Origin: Octopus sinensis
Taxonomy: Eukaryota
Assembly: GCF_006345805.1 (NCBI RefSeq)
Contig: NC_043008.1
Span: forward strand, 8,184,001-8,248,000
Reading direction: 5' to 3'
Length of the DNA: 64,000 nt
The notes beneath the pieces were generated by a model. The model was given only the letters and a program-made list of their open reading frames with translations. It was not told the DNA's origin and searched no databases. Both the position numbers and the translations under genes were made by a program. Of the stretch, positions 25,742-39,226 are shown piece by piece. Positions within the stretch are counted from its first letter, which is position 1; each line of letters starts with the position of its first letter.

Positions 25742-28294
25742 AACAATATGTTGGTCTTCCGAAAAGAAAAATGGAATTCTACCACTACCACCACGATCAC
25801 TACAACTACTACTACAACAACCACCATGGTGGGGGTGGTGAGGGGGAACGCTTTGAACGTGGCCTTGGCGCCAAGAGAGCAGCTGCCTGAAAGAGTTTGG
25901 GAATCATGTCTAGAATCTCACTTCCGCTTTTCCCCGCAAATAATATAAATAGCAAAGAAACAATGTGTTTGTATTTTTTATTTTACACACGCCTACCTTT
26001 ATTAATATCTAAATTCGTTTCTAATATTGGGGTTTACGATGTCATTCATGAAATAATTATAGATATACGTATTTAACATGAGGAAGCTTTGTAGTTTCAA
26101 GATTATTGCCATTGACTTGTATCATTCGAATAGAATAATTTCTGCAAGGAACACGGGCATTGTGTCGGAGACCTCAAACGTAGCATGTTTCGTAAAGGAC
26201 ATATCAATTCTATTGAAATTTATATCTGAATAATATACGTCTGTGTATGTGCTTGCGTGCGTGAATGTGTGTGTACCCATGTGCACCCATGTGTAAGAGA
26301 ATACCGCACATGCATGAACGTAAGCGGGTGGATTTGCTTATGTTAAATGAAATTATTTGTAAACAAACAAGTATTAATCATGGCTTCTATCTTGCTGGAA
26401 GTCTGACTGACATTACTGTTATAAATTGAATATATGGTTCAGAAAATTTACTCTGAATATGTTTCAGGCGTTGTCTTATATGTAGCAGGTCTTTGCTTGT
26501 CATATTCACAGATCTAAATGTTATTCAATTGTAGATATATCTTCAAATGTGTATAAAAATCCAAATCTTTTTTTGATTTGAAATTTATGTTTTTGTATTC
26601 TTCTACTTTTATTAGGGGTTGATACATAAATGTTGTTTTATTTCTGCATTTATATATCTGATATTTTCTATGATAAACGTCTGGTAACTTTAAGATTGAT
26701 AATAAAATAGAAACAGGCTTTAATGTTTCAAATGTACGACGAACCACCGGGTAACAGTTTTGACACTCTGATAACAGAATGAGACGGATTTAGTACAAAT
26801 TCCAATGAAGCCGAGATTAAGGAATACCGTCCAATATCATAAAAATCAAGCAAAATTAGATAAAAATCTATGAATAAATGTTCTGCTTATGAATGAACAT
26901 ATCTTCTTGGAGCCATATTCGATAAGATAGTCTTAAAGAAATCAGTTGAAATGCGAACAAATATAATGATATAAGCGTGTAGAAATCGATGACAGTATGT
27001 AATATATTTGAAACGCCATTGAATATAGTTTTGCATCGAGTAAAATGTGTTGCATGAATATCTCTATGTCCAAGTGATAGTTTATATGGTGGCTGTATAT
27101 TAAATTTATTCTACTTTCCATCAAATACATATAAATAAATATTTGAAGTACGTATCTGATACAGTTGATATTCAATAAAGTATTACACGTAGTGGCTTCA
27201 GTTCACAATGGAGATTTTTATATAGAAATCCTTATTCAGAATGGACATTTTGCATAAAAAATAATCCCTTCAAATGACTATAAAAATTATTTGTAAACTT
27301 GTTGTAGACTTACCTAAAATAAGCATCACATATAGAAGATATAGTATTTTACTACAATGTAGAAATATTTGTATTCCTTTGCTTCACATAGACAAGAGAA
27401 CACTATGAAGAAGCAATATACATGAAAATGTTTGTGATTTCGTACATAACATATTTAAAATCTAGTGAGCTATGTACGTAACATTTCGAAAGTAGGGGAG
27501 ATATATTAGGAAAGTGAAAAATTAAGTTTTCGTGTTGGTAATACAGAAGAAAGTTTATGTTAAATGAGTTTTGGAAACAAATATTTTAATTAATAATAGT
27601 AAAGTAGAAGCAATACGTAAATATATAAATGTTTTCATTTACTGTATTATTAGCATTCAGTCATGGATGTTGTGTCAGTCCTCATACTCATGTAATTTGC
27701 ATAGTTGATGAAGGCAAGGCGAAAAAAAAAATGAATAAGTAGAGATCGTGGTAAACAACTAATAAATATTAATGAACCAATCTAACTGTTATAGTGTAAA
27801 TACTTCCGTGACTAGTGAAAACCAGCGTTATGAGAGTAAGGGGATGAAATTTTAACTTTTAATTTAATACAACTTTCACCTTGAAAATAGAGAAAACACT
27901 TGTTATTGCGTTTGTTGGAGAGTTAGAAATGAAGATGAATAATAGAAATGTTAAACAAAGCAAGTATTATATGAATGTCTAGGGTTTCATGAGAAAGCCT
28001 CATGTATTTACTGCACACAATTAAGTGGCGGGCTATTTATCCAGGTTTGCAACAAATGTAAAACGAAATACCTGTACTTAACAAAGGTTCATTTGCAATT
28101 TCAAGAAAGGCAGCAGGTTTCTTTAGTTCATAAGGATAAACAATGTTTTATTGGCACATAATTGTAGGATTTCCTTCACTTTCAGTTAGAACTTACCACT
28201 TATGCTGATAAAAATATTCGTATCGAATGCATTAACCTTGTTCTTCATTAATCAAACATACTTCCGTAATTATTTTTTCTACAGTAGAATCAAA

Positions 28295-28422
28295 GCCCGC
28301 AATTTTGTGCGGAGTGGGCCAGTCGATTAGCCCGACCCAGTAAGCAACTGGTACTTAAAGGATGAAAGGCAAATCAACATCGGCACAAATTGAACTCAGA
28401 ACGTAAATACAAACGAAATACC
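28295..28422 (-). mobile_element. Older, truncated SINE family B-related copy
   Basis: Reverse complement of the TTCTGAGTTCAA...TTTCATCCTTT...GTACCAGTTGC body. Confidence 0.55.
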
Positions 28423-28657
28423 TATTTCTATTTCTTTACTACCAACAAGGGGCTAAACACAGAAATGACAAACACGGACAGACAAACGGATTAAGTCGAT
28501 TATATCGACGCCAGTGCGTAACCGATACATATTTAATCGACCCCGAAAGGATGAAAGGCAAAGTCGACCTCGGCGGAATTTGAACTTAGAACGTAGCCGC
28601 AGACGAAATACCGCTAAAGTATTTTGCCCGGTGTGCTGTTTCTGCAAGCACGCTGCC
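28423..28657 (-). mobile_element. SINE family B
   Basis: Reverse-complement match to 10805-11035 and 62614-62850. Confidence 0.9.
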
Positions 28658-29481
28658 ATAATTATGTCCCACTTTACATATGCTCAATGTACTATGTTTC
28701 TAATATCGTTTAGTCACCTATCTAGAGCTTCTAGTGCACCACGGTGTTATTTTGTTCATTGTTATCCCGACGTGCTAATTTTTCTGTTTTTTTTTGTTTA
28801 CTAGGTGCTGTCCATGTTACAGGATATGTCATAAAATGTCCGTCAGAATTAACCCTTTAATCGTTCTTTACCACACCTCAAAATATATATCGTACCAGTT
28901 TTACTATTCATGTGTAAAGCACTAGTTCGTATTATCTTTCTAGTTTTGATGTCTAATTATATTATATGTTCCCCTGTCCAGCCTCCTAAGCTAACCGTTG
29001 CTACAAACACTGCGTAATGAGGCAGCATTTGGGGATATGATTTTATTGACTCTCAGTAACAATGGCGTCCATGCCTATCGACTTAAGCTGAAGTGTTCAT
29101 TTGCTTCTCTAGATTTAATCACAGTGACAATCTATACAATCTATGCAAATACCGAGTCTGTCTTATTTTTTGTTATAGCAAACATCATTAGTGAGTTCTT
29201 TGACGTTTCATTATCTTGTCGACAATATTTTCTCGTTTGACTACAAATTATGAACAGTTAACCAGTTCTGTGCACGTTATGACATTCCTGAGCACCACCT
29301 GCTTCGTGAGTTTGTGAAAGATTTTTTCTCGTAGAGTCATCAAAAACCCAAATGTGTGTGATGTTAGTTCTCCGCCCCTCTGCAGATTTTATATTGCATT
29401 TACAATTCATAACCAAGTACGACGAGCTGGCTTACGGCTGGGATATAAAAACAGCAGATATAGCCTATTAGTGCTTATACA

Positions 29482-29520
<39 letters not shown>

Positions 29521-29521
<1 letters not shown>

Positions 29522-31076
29522 ATTCGCGTGAATGGACATCTATCGAGACCCTTCGACATCGCACGTTCGGTCCGTCAGGGATGCCCCCTCTCGTCGCTTC
29601 TATACGTATTGACTCTCGAGCCATTATTGCGGAAGCTGGCAACCTTGAGAGGCATCCCGCGAGAACTGGGATGCGGGACGAGCGTGTCTGCATACGCGGA
29701 CGACGTCACCGTCATAGTGTCTAGCCACGAGCACATCGAGCAGGTCGGCGAGACACTGAAAAACTACGAAGCGGTGACAGGAGCAAAAATCAACCGGGAA
29801 AAGTCAGTGGGCTTGCGACTCGGCACCTGGAGAAGCAAGCCCATGCCGTCCACCAGCGCCTCCGTCGTGGGACGCTGGGCCGACGGCCCGGTTGAGTTGC
29901 TCGGGGTCTGGTTTGGTCCGGACCTCCAAGTGGAGAAGAACTGGAACGAGATAACGAGTAGGGTGGTCACTCTCGCCCGGCAATGGGCCGAGAGGAAACT
30001 GTCCCTAAAAGGTCGGGCGGAGGTGGCGAACACGTACATCGCGTCCGTCATCTACTACCGCCTGACAGTCGTACCTTGTCTCGACCCTACCATCACCAAA
30101 CTACAACGCATTCTCTTTCGCTTCTTGTGGAAAGGATGCGTCCCGATGGTCAGGCGATCCATTTGCTGTCAACACCCGTTAAAAGGAGGGCTGGGCATGC
30201 CGTGGTTGGTGATGCGCAGACACGCGCTGAGACTGCGACATCTCTGGCTCTATGTAGACGACGGTGAACAGGTGTGGTCGCCGTTTGTGAAGCACGCTTT
30301 CCCGCAGCTCGTCTACATGACCGAACGGCAGTCGTGGATCAAAAAGAGGCCGAAGAAGGGCGAATGGCACTGCGAGTGTCGCGTTGCTCTCAAGCAATTC
30401 TGCCGTCCTGGGTCGACCTTGAGTGACTTCAACACAACCAAAGCATTCTATAGGGGTTTAGTGGAGGGGAGGTACGACGACGAACTCGGGGCGAACCTGG
30501 ACGTCGACGAGGAGTACCTGACCCGCCTGTTCAGGACGACTTTCGGTCCAGGGCCCATGGACAACTTCCAGAGATCCCTGGCCTGGCAGTGCTACCGAGA
30601 AGCGCTACCCGTTCGGGATAAGCTCTACAGACACGGCTCGAGAAACACGGGGCCGACCTGCCCGAGATGCGGTCAGAGCGACGAAACCGTTCTGCACGCA
30701 CTCGTGCAGTGTCCAACAATTTCCGACCTGTGGGCTTGTGTCGAACAACTGCTGTCACGTGTGGGACGAGTCTGTTTATCAGCGGAGTCTATCGTTAATA
30801 TTGTCACGCCTCCCTCCTTCAAACGGGAAGGAAGAGCTATTTTCATCATCCTTGTGGCTATGGCGAAAGAATGTATCTGGTGGACGCGTCTGAAAGGATG
30901 GAGACAAACACTTTCCTCTCTGGTCAATCTCTCATCAACTTCTTCAAGTACCACTTGAAAAGGAAAGTGAGAGTAGAGAGGCAAGTTTTGTCTAGCGAAT
31001 GTTTTAAAAAAAGATGGGTGAATGTAGCAAGAATGGCACGTATGAATGACGAAGCCACTTGAGCATGATCCTATGA
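29521..31076 (+). pseudogene. LINE ORF2 fragment: RT domains, thumb and C-terminal CCHC zinc knuckle
   Basis: VRQGCPLS, AYADDVTV, GAKINREKS, LGVWFG, GGLG, CPRCGQSDETVLHALVQC; open to about 30900; 1-bp deletions near 30900 and 31057 relative to the copies at 37.5-38.4 kb. Confidence 0.92.
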
Positions 31077-31454
31077 ACCCAGAAATTGAAAACAGAGAGT
31101 TGCTTATTTGCAAAAAAAAAAAAAAGAAAATAACATGTGACTCCATTCACCGAGGTTACCGTGGTCTTTTCCGTAGGCTTTTCTTCCACGGGTAAACCTC
31201 ACCTGTCCTCCCCTTTACACTTCATATTGACATTTCTGTGATAACGATCCCTATTGATCAAATTTTTTTTTTCCTCTCCCCCTTTTTTTTAAACCCCCCT
31301 TTTTTTTGTCCTCTTTCTCTCCTTTTACGATCCCTTTTGATCGAAACTCCTCCCTTTTCTCTTTTCTTTTTTTTTTTTTAAACCTTCAAAAGAAAAGCTC
31401 TACCTTGTAATTTGTTCTATCTGTGTGCAGCCCTGTGTGGCTAATAAAGAAACA
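29521..31454 (+). mobile_element. 5'-truncated Tx1/L1-clade LINE inserted in a (TATC)n tract
   Basis: (TATC)n at 29484-29520 and from 31455; coding region followed by a U/C-rich 3' UTR ending AATAAAGAAACA. Confidence 0.93.
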
Positions 31455-31459
31455 TATCA

Positions 31460-31525
<66 letters not shown>

Positions 31526-31558
31526 ATATCTATTTATCTATCTATGTATCTATCTATC

Positions 31559-31589
<31 letters not shown>

Positions 31590-31640
31590 TTACCTATCTA
31601 TCTATCTATATATCTATCTATCTATCATCTATCTACTTAC

Positions 31641-31675
<35 letters not shown>

Positions 31676-31723
31676 CCTATCTATCTATCTATCTATCTAT
31701 TATCTATCTATCTATATATCTAT

Positions 31724-31766
<43 letters not shown>

Positions 31767-31775
31767 TATATATGA
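31455..31775. repeat. (TATC)n then (TA)n microsatellite
   Basis: Direct reading. Confidence 0.97.
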
Positions 31776-31890
31776 TTCGGTGTCTGACTGAAGATTGAAG
31801 GCTTCGAATGATTTGCTGTGTTCCGTGTTCGTCCCTTCCTGTATTTCACGTTCATTATATATAAAAACATTCATTCTTATATATATATAT

Positions 31891-31925
<35 letters not shown>

Positions 31926-32653
31926 CTGATGTATATATTTGTGTGTGTATGTATGTATGTATGTAGGTAGGTAGGTAGGTAAGTATATAAGTATGTATAT
32001 GCAGGATATAAACTAAGTTGTTTCATCATAGAACTTTGTATTAAGCACGTATGTACAAAGCTGATTAAGTGAAAAGCCTATAAACGATATAGTGGGCATC
32101 TTGTTTCGTAGATAAATCAGTCCAGCAAAGCCTTGGCTTCAGTCACGATTCTTTATCTTAAAAGACTGGGAGAAAATTCAAATAACAAAGGAAACAAAAA
32201 ATATTCCAATAAAACCTCTTCAATTTTGTAAATTCGCCAAACGTACAGCATTTATTGTCCCCGATCAGCATATATCTTTAGAAAGTGAACCTACAAAATT
32301 TGTTAAATCGTTGTATTTGAGGAACAGGTTGATAAGACTTCCGTGATTACGTAGTTTGCGCTGGTAATTTGTTCACATCATGTTCTGCTTAATTAGAACA
32401 AGCATGAATGGAGGATTTAAAAGCTCGGTTTCTAAAATTGAAGATAATAGCCACTCAACTACCATATGATAATTCACGACTGTTTGGAAGTAACATCCTT
32501 TGTAAATGCCACAGTCGGATAAATATCATTTAATAATTTAGATGTTCTGCTACAAGTAGATTTCAAAATGGCTTCTGCAGATTCAAGAGTATTTGATTTT
32601 GCGGATTCAACTTTGTAACGTAACTAAGTTTCGTGGAATATTACGTTTATATA

Positions 32654-32709
<56 letters not shown>

Positions 32710-32718
<9 letters not shown>

Positions 32719-33117
32719 TCTTTTACTTGTTTCAGTCATTTGACTGCGGCCATGCTGGAGCACCGCCTTTAGTCGAGCAAATCGACCCCGGGACTTATTC
32801 TTTGTAAGCCCAGTACTTATTCTATCGGTCTCTTTTGCCGAACCGCTAGGTAACGGGGACATAAACACACCAGCATCGGTTGTCAAGCAATGCTAGGGGG
32901 AAATACACAGTCACACAGACACATACATACATACATATATATATATATATACATATATACGACAGTCTTCTTTCAGTTTCCGTCTACCAAATCCACTCAC
33001 AAGGCATTGGTCGGCCCGGGGCTACAGCAGAAGACACTTGCCCAAGATGCCACGCAGTGGGACTGAACCCGGAACCATGTGGTTGGTTAGCAAGCTACTT
33101 ACCACACAACCACGTCG
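32710..33117 (-). mobile_element. SINE family A, full length
   Basis: Reverse-complement match to 2863-3305; tail abuts (CT)n at 32657-32710. Confidence 0.92.
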
Positions 33118-33649
33118 ATTCTCTTTAATATTTATAATGAAAATGTGTGTAAACTTCGAAACATGTGTGTGTGGGGGTGGGGGTGTGCGCGTGTGCATTG
33201 CTGTGTCTGGATTTATTCTCTTTTAGTGCCTTATAATTTAACACACTCACCGGTCAAGTTTCGTCTCATTTATTATTTTTTTTCCAAAATGTTCGTTGCG
33301 TCTTGCAACCTTTTCAATGGTCGTTGACTCTCTCCGTTATCTGAGCTGCATTCTTTTTGTTTGTTTGTGCGCATGTGTGTGGTTGAGTGTGTGTGCGCAT
33401 ACACACATATATATATATATGTATGTATACATTCATGTATGTGTGTGCGTATGCATATATATATATATATATGTTTGGATGTGTGTACGTTTGTATTTAT
33501 GTATTCTGCATGTGTTTTTGTGTTCGTGTTTGTTTTTTATCTGTGTGTGTGAGTGTGTTTGCATGTTTGAGTGTGTACGTGTGTACCTCTGTCTCTTTGT
33601 GTGTGCACGTCTGTGTATGTCTATGTATCGGTTTTGCAAATTCTGACGA

Positions 33650-34823
33650 AACAATCAATATCCCATAGTAACTGTTGAGGAACTAGCAGAGAAGCTTGGA
33701 TTTGATCCTTGAACCATTTATTAGAAAAGTCAGCAAGTTGGGTCAATGGGATCCTCACAAGCTTTCCGAATCTAATCGCGTGCGGAGATTGAATGTGTGA
33801 TCTTCTTTGTTGTCACACCTCCTGAATGAATCTTTTTTGGACCTCATAGATCCTGGTCGCGAGAAATCGGTTCACTATGAAAATGTCAAGCGCCGAAGAC
33901 AGTGCGTAGTGAAAGGAGAAACATCGGCACCCCACGCCAAAGGAGGTCTTTACCCACGTAAGATGTTGTTATTTGAGATATGAAAGGTTTATTCCACTTT
34001 GAACGTTTAAACCCAAACCATGCGATAACAAAGGAGATCTACGACGAGCTGCTTGAACGACTTAATTCAGCGTTGGCCAAAAAGCGACCATCTTTGGTTT
34101 CAAGACGAACGGTGTTCTTACCCCAGGATAATGCTCGGCCACATACAGTGAGGATGATATTCCAAAGGCTGGAGCAGTTTCAATGGGAAACGATGTCCCA
34201 CCCACTATTTAAAGACTCCGCCGGTTACGACGACGAGGGTCCCAGCTGATACGATCAACGGAACAGCTTGCTCGTGAAATTAACGTGCAAATGGCTGAGC
34301 ATTCCACAGACACGTGTACCCTTAACGTAGTTCTCGGGGATAATCAGCGTGACACAGAGAGTGACAAGGCTGACCCTTTGAAATACAAGTACAACTCATT
34401 TTTGCCAGCTGAGTGGACTGGAGCAACGTGAAATAAAGTGTCTTGCTCAAGGACACAACGCGTCGCCGGGAATCGAACTCACAACCTTACGATCATGAGC
34501 CGAATGCCCTAACCACTAAGCCACGCGCCCTCACCCCACCCACTATATTCAGTAGACATTGACCTTTCAAATTATCACTCTCTCCGCCGTCTTCAAAATC
34601 ATTTGGACAGAATTTTCTAGACGAGGTCAGAACACTTTTGGCAGAGTATTTTTCATCACGGACAAGTGAATTTGAGAAAAGGGACCTTGCAAGTCTACCA
34701 GACAGATGGAGGAACATTGTAGAAAATGAAGGTGAGTATATGTTAGATTTAAAATGAATTTGTTTATCTTAATTTTGAAAGATAAAAGAAGTATAAAAAA
34801 CATTAGTTATGGGATGACCCAAT
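33650..34823 (+). mobile_element. Decayed mariner (DD34D) transposon lacking its 5' end, interrupted by a SINE
   Basis: TVEELAEKLG, WDPHKL (cf. WVPHEL), GREKS (cf. GDEKW), QDNARPH, HPLYSVDIDLSNYH (cf. HPPYSPDLAPSDYH), DRWRNIVENEGEY; TIR-like TTATGGGATGACCCAAT. Confidence 0.88.
34209..34534 (-). mobile_element. tRNA-derived SINE family C with 12-bp TSD
   Basis: Minus strand GGCGCGTGGCTTAGTGGTTAGG...GTTCGATTCCC head and TGTGTCCTTGAGCAAGACACTT core; TSD CCCACCCACTAT at 34197-34208 and 34535-34546. Confidence 0.92.
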
Positions 34824-34875
34824 TTGCATACTTTTATATAAGTTTATATATATATATATATACATGTTTGTGTTG

Positions 34876-34926
<51 letters not shown>

Positions 34927-36770
34927 CATCTATGTTGATTGTGAATGTTTTAATAGGTGATGGCTTAGCGTATATTTGTGTGGATATAGGCGTATGTGAA
35001 AAAATGTTCACATATATAAATATTTGCATCAGTAGCTCACTTTACTTCACCTTTCTTTAAAACGTTTGGATCATTAGCTGGAAACTACTTATGCTCAACT
35101 TTTAGTCGTTTCATGTGTTGCTTGCTATAAAATGTTGACATTCCTCTTAAGATATTGCCATTTGCAATGGTTTTATACTTGCTTTATTAATAGTCACAAA
35201 GCGTGCAATTATTCATTATTGATAATGTTACAGGCATTATCAAAAATCCAAGACAATATGAAATATCGTTATTATATAAAAGGTGTGTGGGGGTCTAATA
35301 ATTAAGTCTTATGTTTCTTAAACAGCATTTCCGAAATGTTTTCTATATGCAGAATATTAAAAACATAGATTCCTCTTTGCTTCGCTTAAAATAAGGGTAC
35401 ACGTTATTATACATACGTTGTGAATATTAATAACTAAGAAAAACATTTGGAAGAAGTAAAGTGTCGATTATAAGTAATAAAAATGATATCTCAAATTGGA
35501 ATTAAAATTTGTTTGGCTAAATCCTTCAGGGAATTTTATGAAGAATGTTCAAATGCCTACGTAAGCGTTACATAATTGGTCTCCAGTTTAATAGCTTCTT
35601 TAGCCAGTTAATTAGAGATGGAAGTAGGATGTGGTATTAAGGGATCAAAAACCTGTATATCGTTTAAGATAACTGCGCAGCTGTACAGTTGAGAGAAAAA
35701 ATAACATTTGGTTAGCTTCCTAACTCTTAAAATAGAAGAAATATATTTTTCAAAAATTTCTGTAGCTTCGAAGATATTTGAGAACTAATACACATTCAAT
35801 GATATATGAATATTATTAAATGTAATACTGAATGAAGTAAATAAAGAAGGAATATTATTGGTTCGTGGCCAACGTGCGGAAGAATCCAGGAAGAAATAGA
35901 GATGATTTCATGGCTTGATTACACAAATATCATAACTAATGTTATCAACGACGGAGTAAATATTTGTAGCCTGAAAACTCGAAGAGTTATCAACAGCAAA
36001 TGCTGCAAATGTCAAATTTTCACTTCTCTGACATCGTATCCATCACATGTATTTCTGAATTGAGATAAGCTCTAAATTATCGAATTCACGGATTTTCATC
36101 ATGTACAAATGAATTTCATTTTAGTTATTAATCTCTCACATTAGAGGTTTTGAATAAACGGAAATATATTTGAAGTATGTAGGTAGGAAGACGCTTTATT
36201 TGGAATAATAATGATGGTATCCTTTTATGCAGGATCTGAGAGAAAGATATTATATCACGAATATTTCCAACTGACATGTAACCTGGATATTTAGAACCTG
36301 ACGTAAAATAAACTCGCTAATCTGACGCTTTTAAATATTACTAATTTGGGTGTTTATCTATGTGTAGCTTCGCGTGACTGTGTGAGGGTGTATTGTTACA
36401 TATGCATGTATGTATATGTATGTATATGTATGAATATATATAATGCTTAATATTATCAAAGGGAAATTGAATTCAATTAAAATTAAAGTATTCAATCAAA
36501 ATCTACATTTCCAGTGGTCTAACGTGCAAAACAAAAATTAGTCAAGAAGACTATACATTAGTCATACGATATAGTGCGTAAGAAGATCAGAAACCAATTG
36601 GTCTGGTGTGCTAGATGGTAAATGTTTTTCATTTCCAAATTTATTCCTGTTGAATTTTATCCGTTATTTTTGTGGTTTACAGAACCTAGCTGTTCTTTCT
36701 AATGTGTTGAATTTCACGCAAAGTGGATTCCTTATGTGTATAAATATGCACTATATCGTATGAATATATA

Positions 36771-36811
<41 letters not shown>

Positions 36812-36911
36812 GAGTGATTTCACTTGTAGTGATGATGAGCAAGAGTTAGTGATAACATTACTATTTCATGTTATCGTAAGAAGTTTTCTTACCATGTTAG
36901 TAGGAGGAAGG

Positions 36912-36944
<33 letters not shown>

Positions 36945-37207
36945 ATAGAAATATGTTATAAAAAGAAAATATAAAATACATGTGGAAATGTGAGGGTAAA
37001 ATATCAAAAATCAACGAAAATGCACATTGCAACTAAAAAAAGGCTATTTATGGCAAGTAACGACAAATATATACATTTATATGGACTGAGGTAGTAATAC
37101 GAGTCATAAAAGTCATTATTATGAGATGATTATAAGATGATAATAAAGTAAGAGAACAAAACGGATCATGGTTTACGCAAAGCTATTCATCGTTTTGTAT
37201 ATATGTA

Positions 37208-37285
<78 letters not shown>

Positions 37286-37494
37286 CATATATATATGTAT
37301 GTATGTGTGTGTATATACATACTTGTAATGTTGATACTTGTAAGATTCATATATCTGTAATTGATGCCCACTGGATAAGAATACCGCTGTATTGCAGCGG
37401 TAGTATATCATATTTTCGTGAAGTAAGAACTAGAGATTACTGTTTAAAAGAAATAATATTTCCATTTCTCATATTGAAGATATACAGATAGATA

Positions 37495-38190
37495 AGTTGC
37501 TTTATTGGCCACACAGGGCTGCACACAGCTGGGAGAAATTACAAGGTAGAGCTTTTCTTTTGGGGGATGAAAAAAAAAGTGGCGTGGGTTTTCGATCAAA
37601 AGGGACCGTAAAATGGAAAAAAGAAAAAAAAGAAACAAAAGAAAAGAAAAAGAAGAAAAAAGAGGAAAGAAAGGGGAAGAGGAAAAAAAGATCAATAGGG
37701 ATCGTGTATCACAGTGTCATGATGTACGGTGTAAAGGGGGAAACAGATAAGGTTTATCCGTGGGAAGAAAAGCCTACGAAAAAGACCACGGTAACCTCGG
37801 TCAATATCGTTATATGTTACCACATTTGTTTGCAAGTGGGTAACCCTCTGTTTTCAATTTCTGGGTTCAAAGTATTATGCTCAAGGTGGCTTCGTCATTC
37901 ATACGTACCATCCTTGCTACATTCACACATCTTTTTTTAAAACATTCGCTAGACAAAACTTGCCTCTCTACTCTCACTTTCCTTTTCAAGTGGTACTTGA
38001 AGAAGTTGATGAGAGATTGACCAGAGAGGAAAGTGTTTGTCTCCAATCCTTTCAGACGCGTCCACCAGATACATTCTTTCGCCATAGCCACAAGGATGAC
38101 GAAAATATCTGTTCCTCTCCGTTTGAAGGAAGGAGGCGTGACAATATTGACGATAGACTCGGCTGATAAACCGACTTGTCCCACACGTGA
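37495..38190 (-). mobile_element. Tx1/L1-like LINE 3' fragment, same family as 29521-31454
   Basis: Encodes [17 protein letters not shown]...[18 protein letters not shown]...ATLSIIL* plus the 3' UTR; 3' end abuts TATCTATC. Confidence 0.92.
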
Positions 38191-38200
38191 ACAACTGCTG

Positions 38201-38442
38201 TCACGTGTGGGACGAGTCGGTTTATCAGCTGAGTCTATCGTCAATATCGTCACGCCTCCTTTCTTCAAACGGAAAGGTAGAGCTATTTTCATTATCCTTG
38301 TGACTATGGTGAAAGAATGTATCTGGTGCACGCATCAGAAAGGATTGGAGACAAACACTTTCCTCTCTGGTCAATATCACATCAATTTCTTCAAGTACTA
38401 CTTGAAAAGGAAAGTGAGAGTAGAGAGGCAAGTTTTGTCTAG
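38201..38442 (+). mobile_element. Inverted duplicate of the same LINE segment (palindrome arm), fused to (GATA)n
   Basis: Reverse complement of 37949-38190 with about 20 differences in 242 bp; 10-nt spacer ACAACTGCTG is LINE sense sequence. Confidence 0.92.
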
Positions 38443-38549
38443 ATAGATAGATAGATAGATAGATTGATTGATAGATAGATAGATAGAAAGGTAGGTAGGT
38501 AGGTAGGTAGGTAGATAGACAGACAGACAAACAGATAGATAGGTAGATG

Positions 38550-38582
<33 letters not shown>

Positions 38583-38606
38583 GTATATAGATAGATAGGT
38601 AGGTAT

Positions 38607-38642
<36 letters not shown>

Positions 38643-38688
38643 GTAGGTAGGTAGGTAGGTAGGTAGATAGATAGACAGACAGACAGAC

Positions 38689-38786
<98 letters not shown>

Positions 38787-38858
38787 GTAGGTAGGTAGGT
38801 AGGTAGATAGATAGACAGACAGACAGACAGAAAGATAGATAGATAGATAGATAGATAT

Positions 38859-38906
<48 letters not shown>

Positions 38907-38993
38907 GATAGATAGATAGGTAGGTAGGTAGGTAGGTAGGTAGATAGATAGACAGACAGACAGACAGAAAGATAGATAGATAGATAGATAGAT

Positions 38994-39057
<64 letters not shown>

Positions 39058-39129
39058 TGTAGGTAGGTAGGTAGATAGACAGACAGACAGAAAGATAGAT
39101 AGATAGATGATAGATAGATAGATAGATAT

Positions 39130-39215
<86 letters not shown>

Positions 39216-39226
39216 TGATAGATAGA
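38443..39226. repeat. Long compound (GATA)/(GGTA)/(GACA)n array
   Basis: Direct reading. Confidence 0.98.

Noticed and set aside
31775-31815. CTGAAGA-TTGAAGGCTTC-GAAT after (TA)n
   Set aside because: GAAA and stem III absent; too decayed to call an HHR.
34450-34534. tRNA-like sequences (also 52188-52260 and the SINE A and B heads)
   Set aside because: A and B boxes are present but the cloverleaf is incomplete and continues into SINE bodies with TSDs; SINE heads, not tRNA genes.
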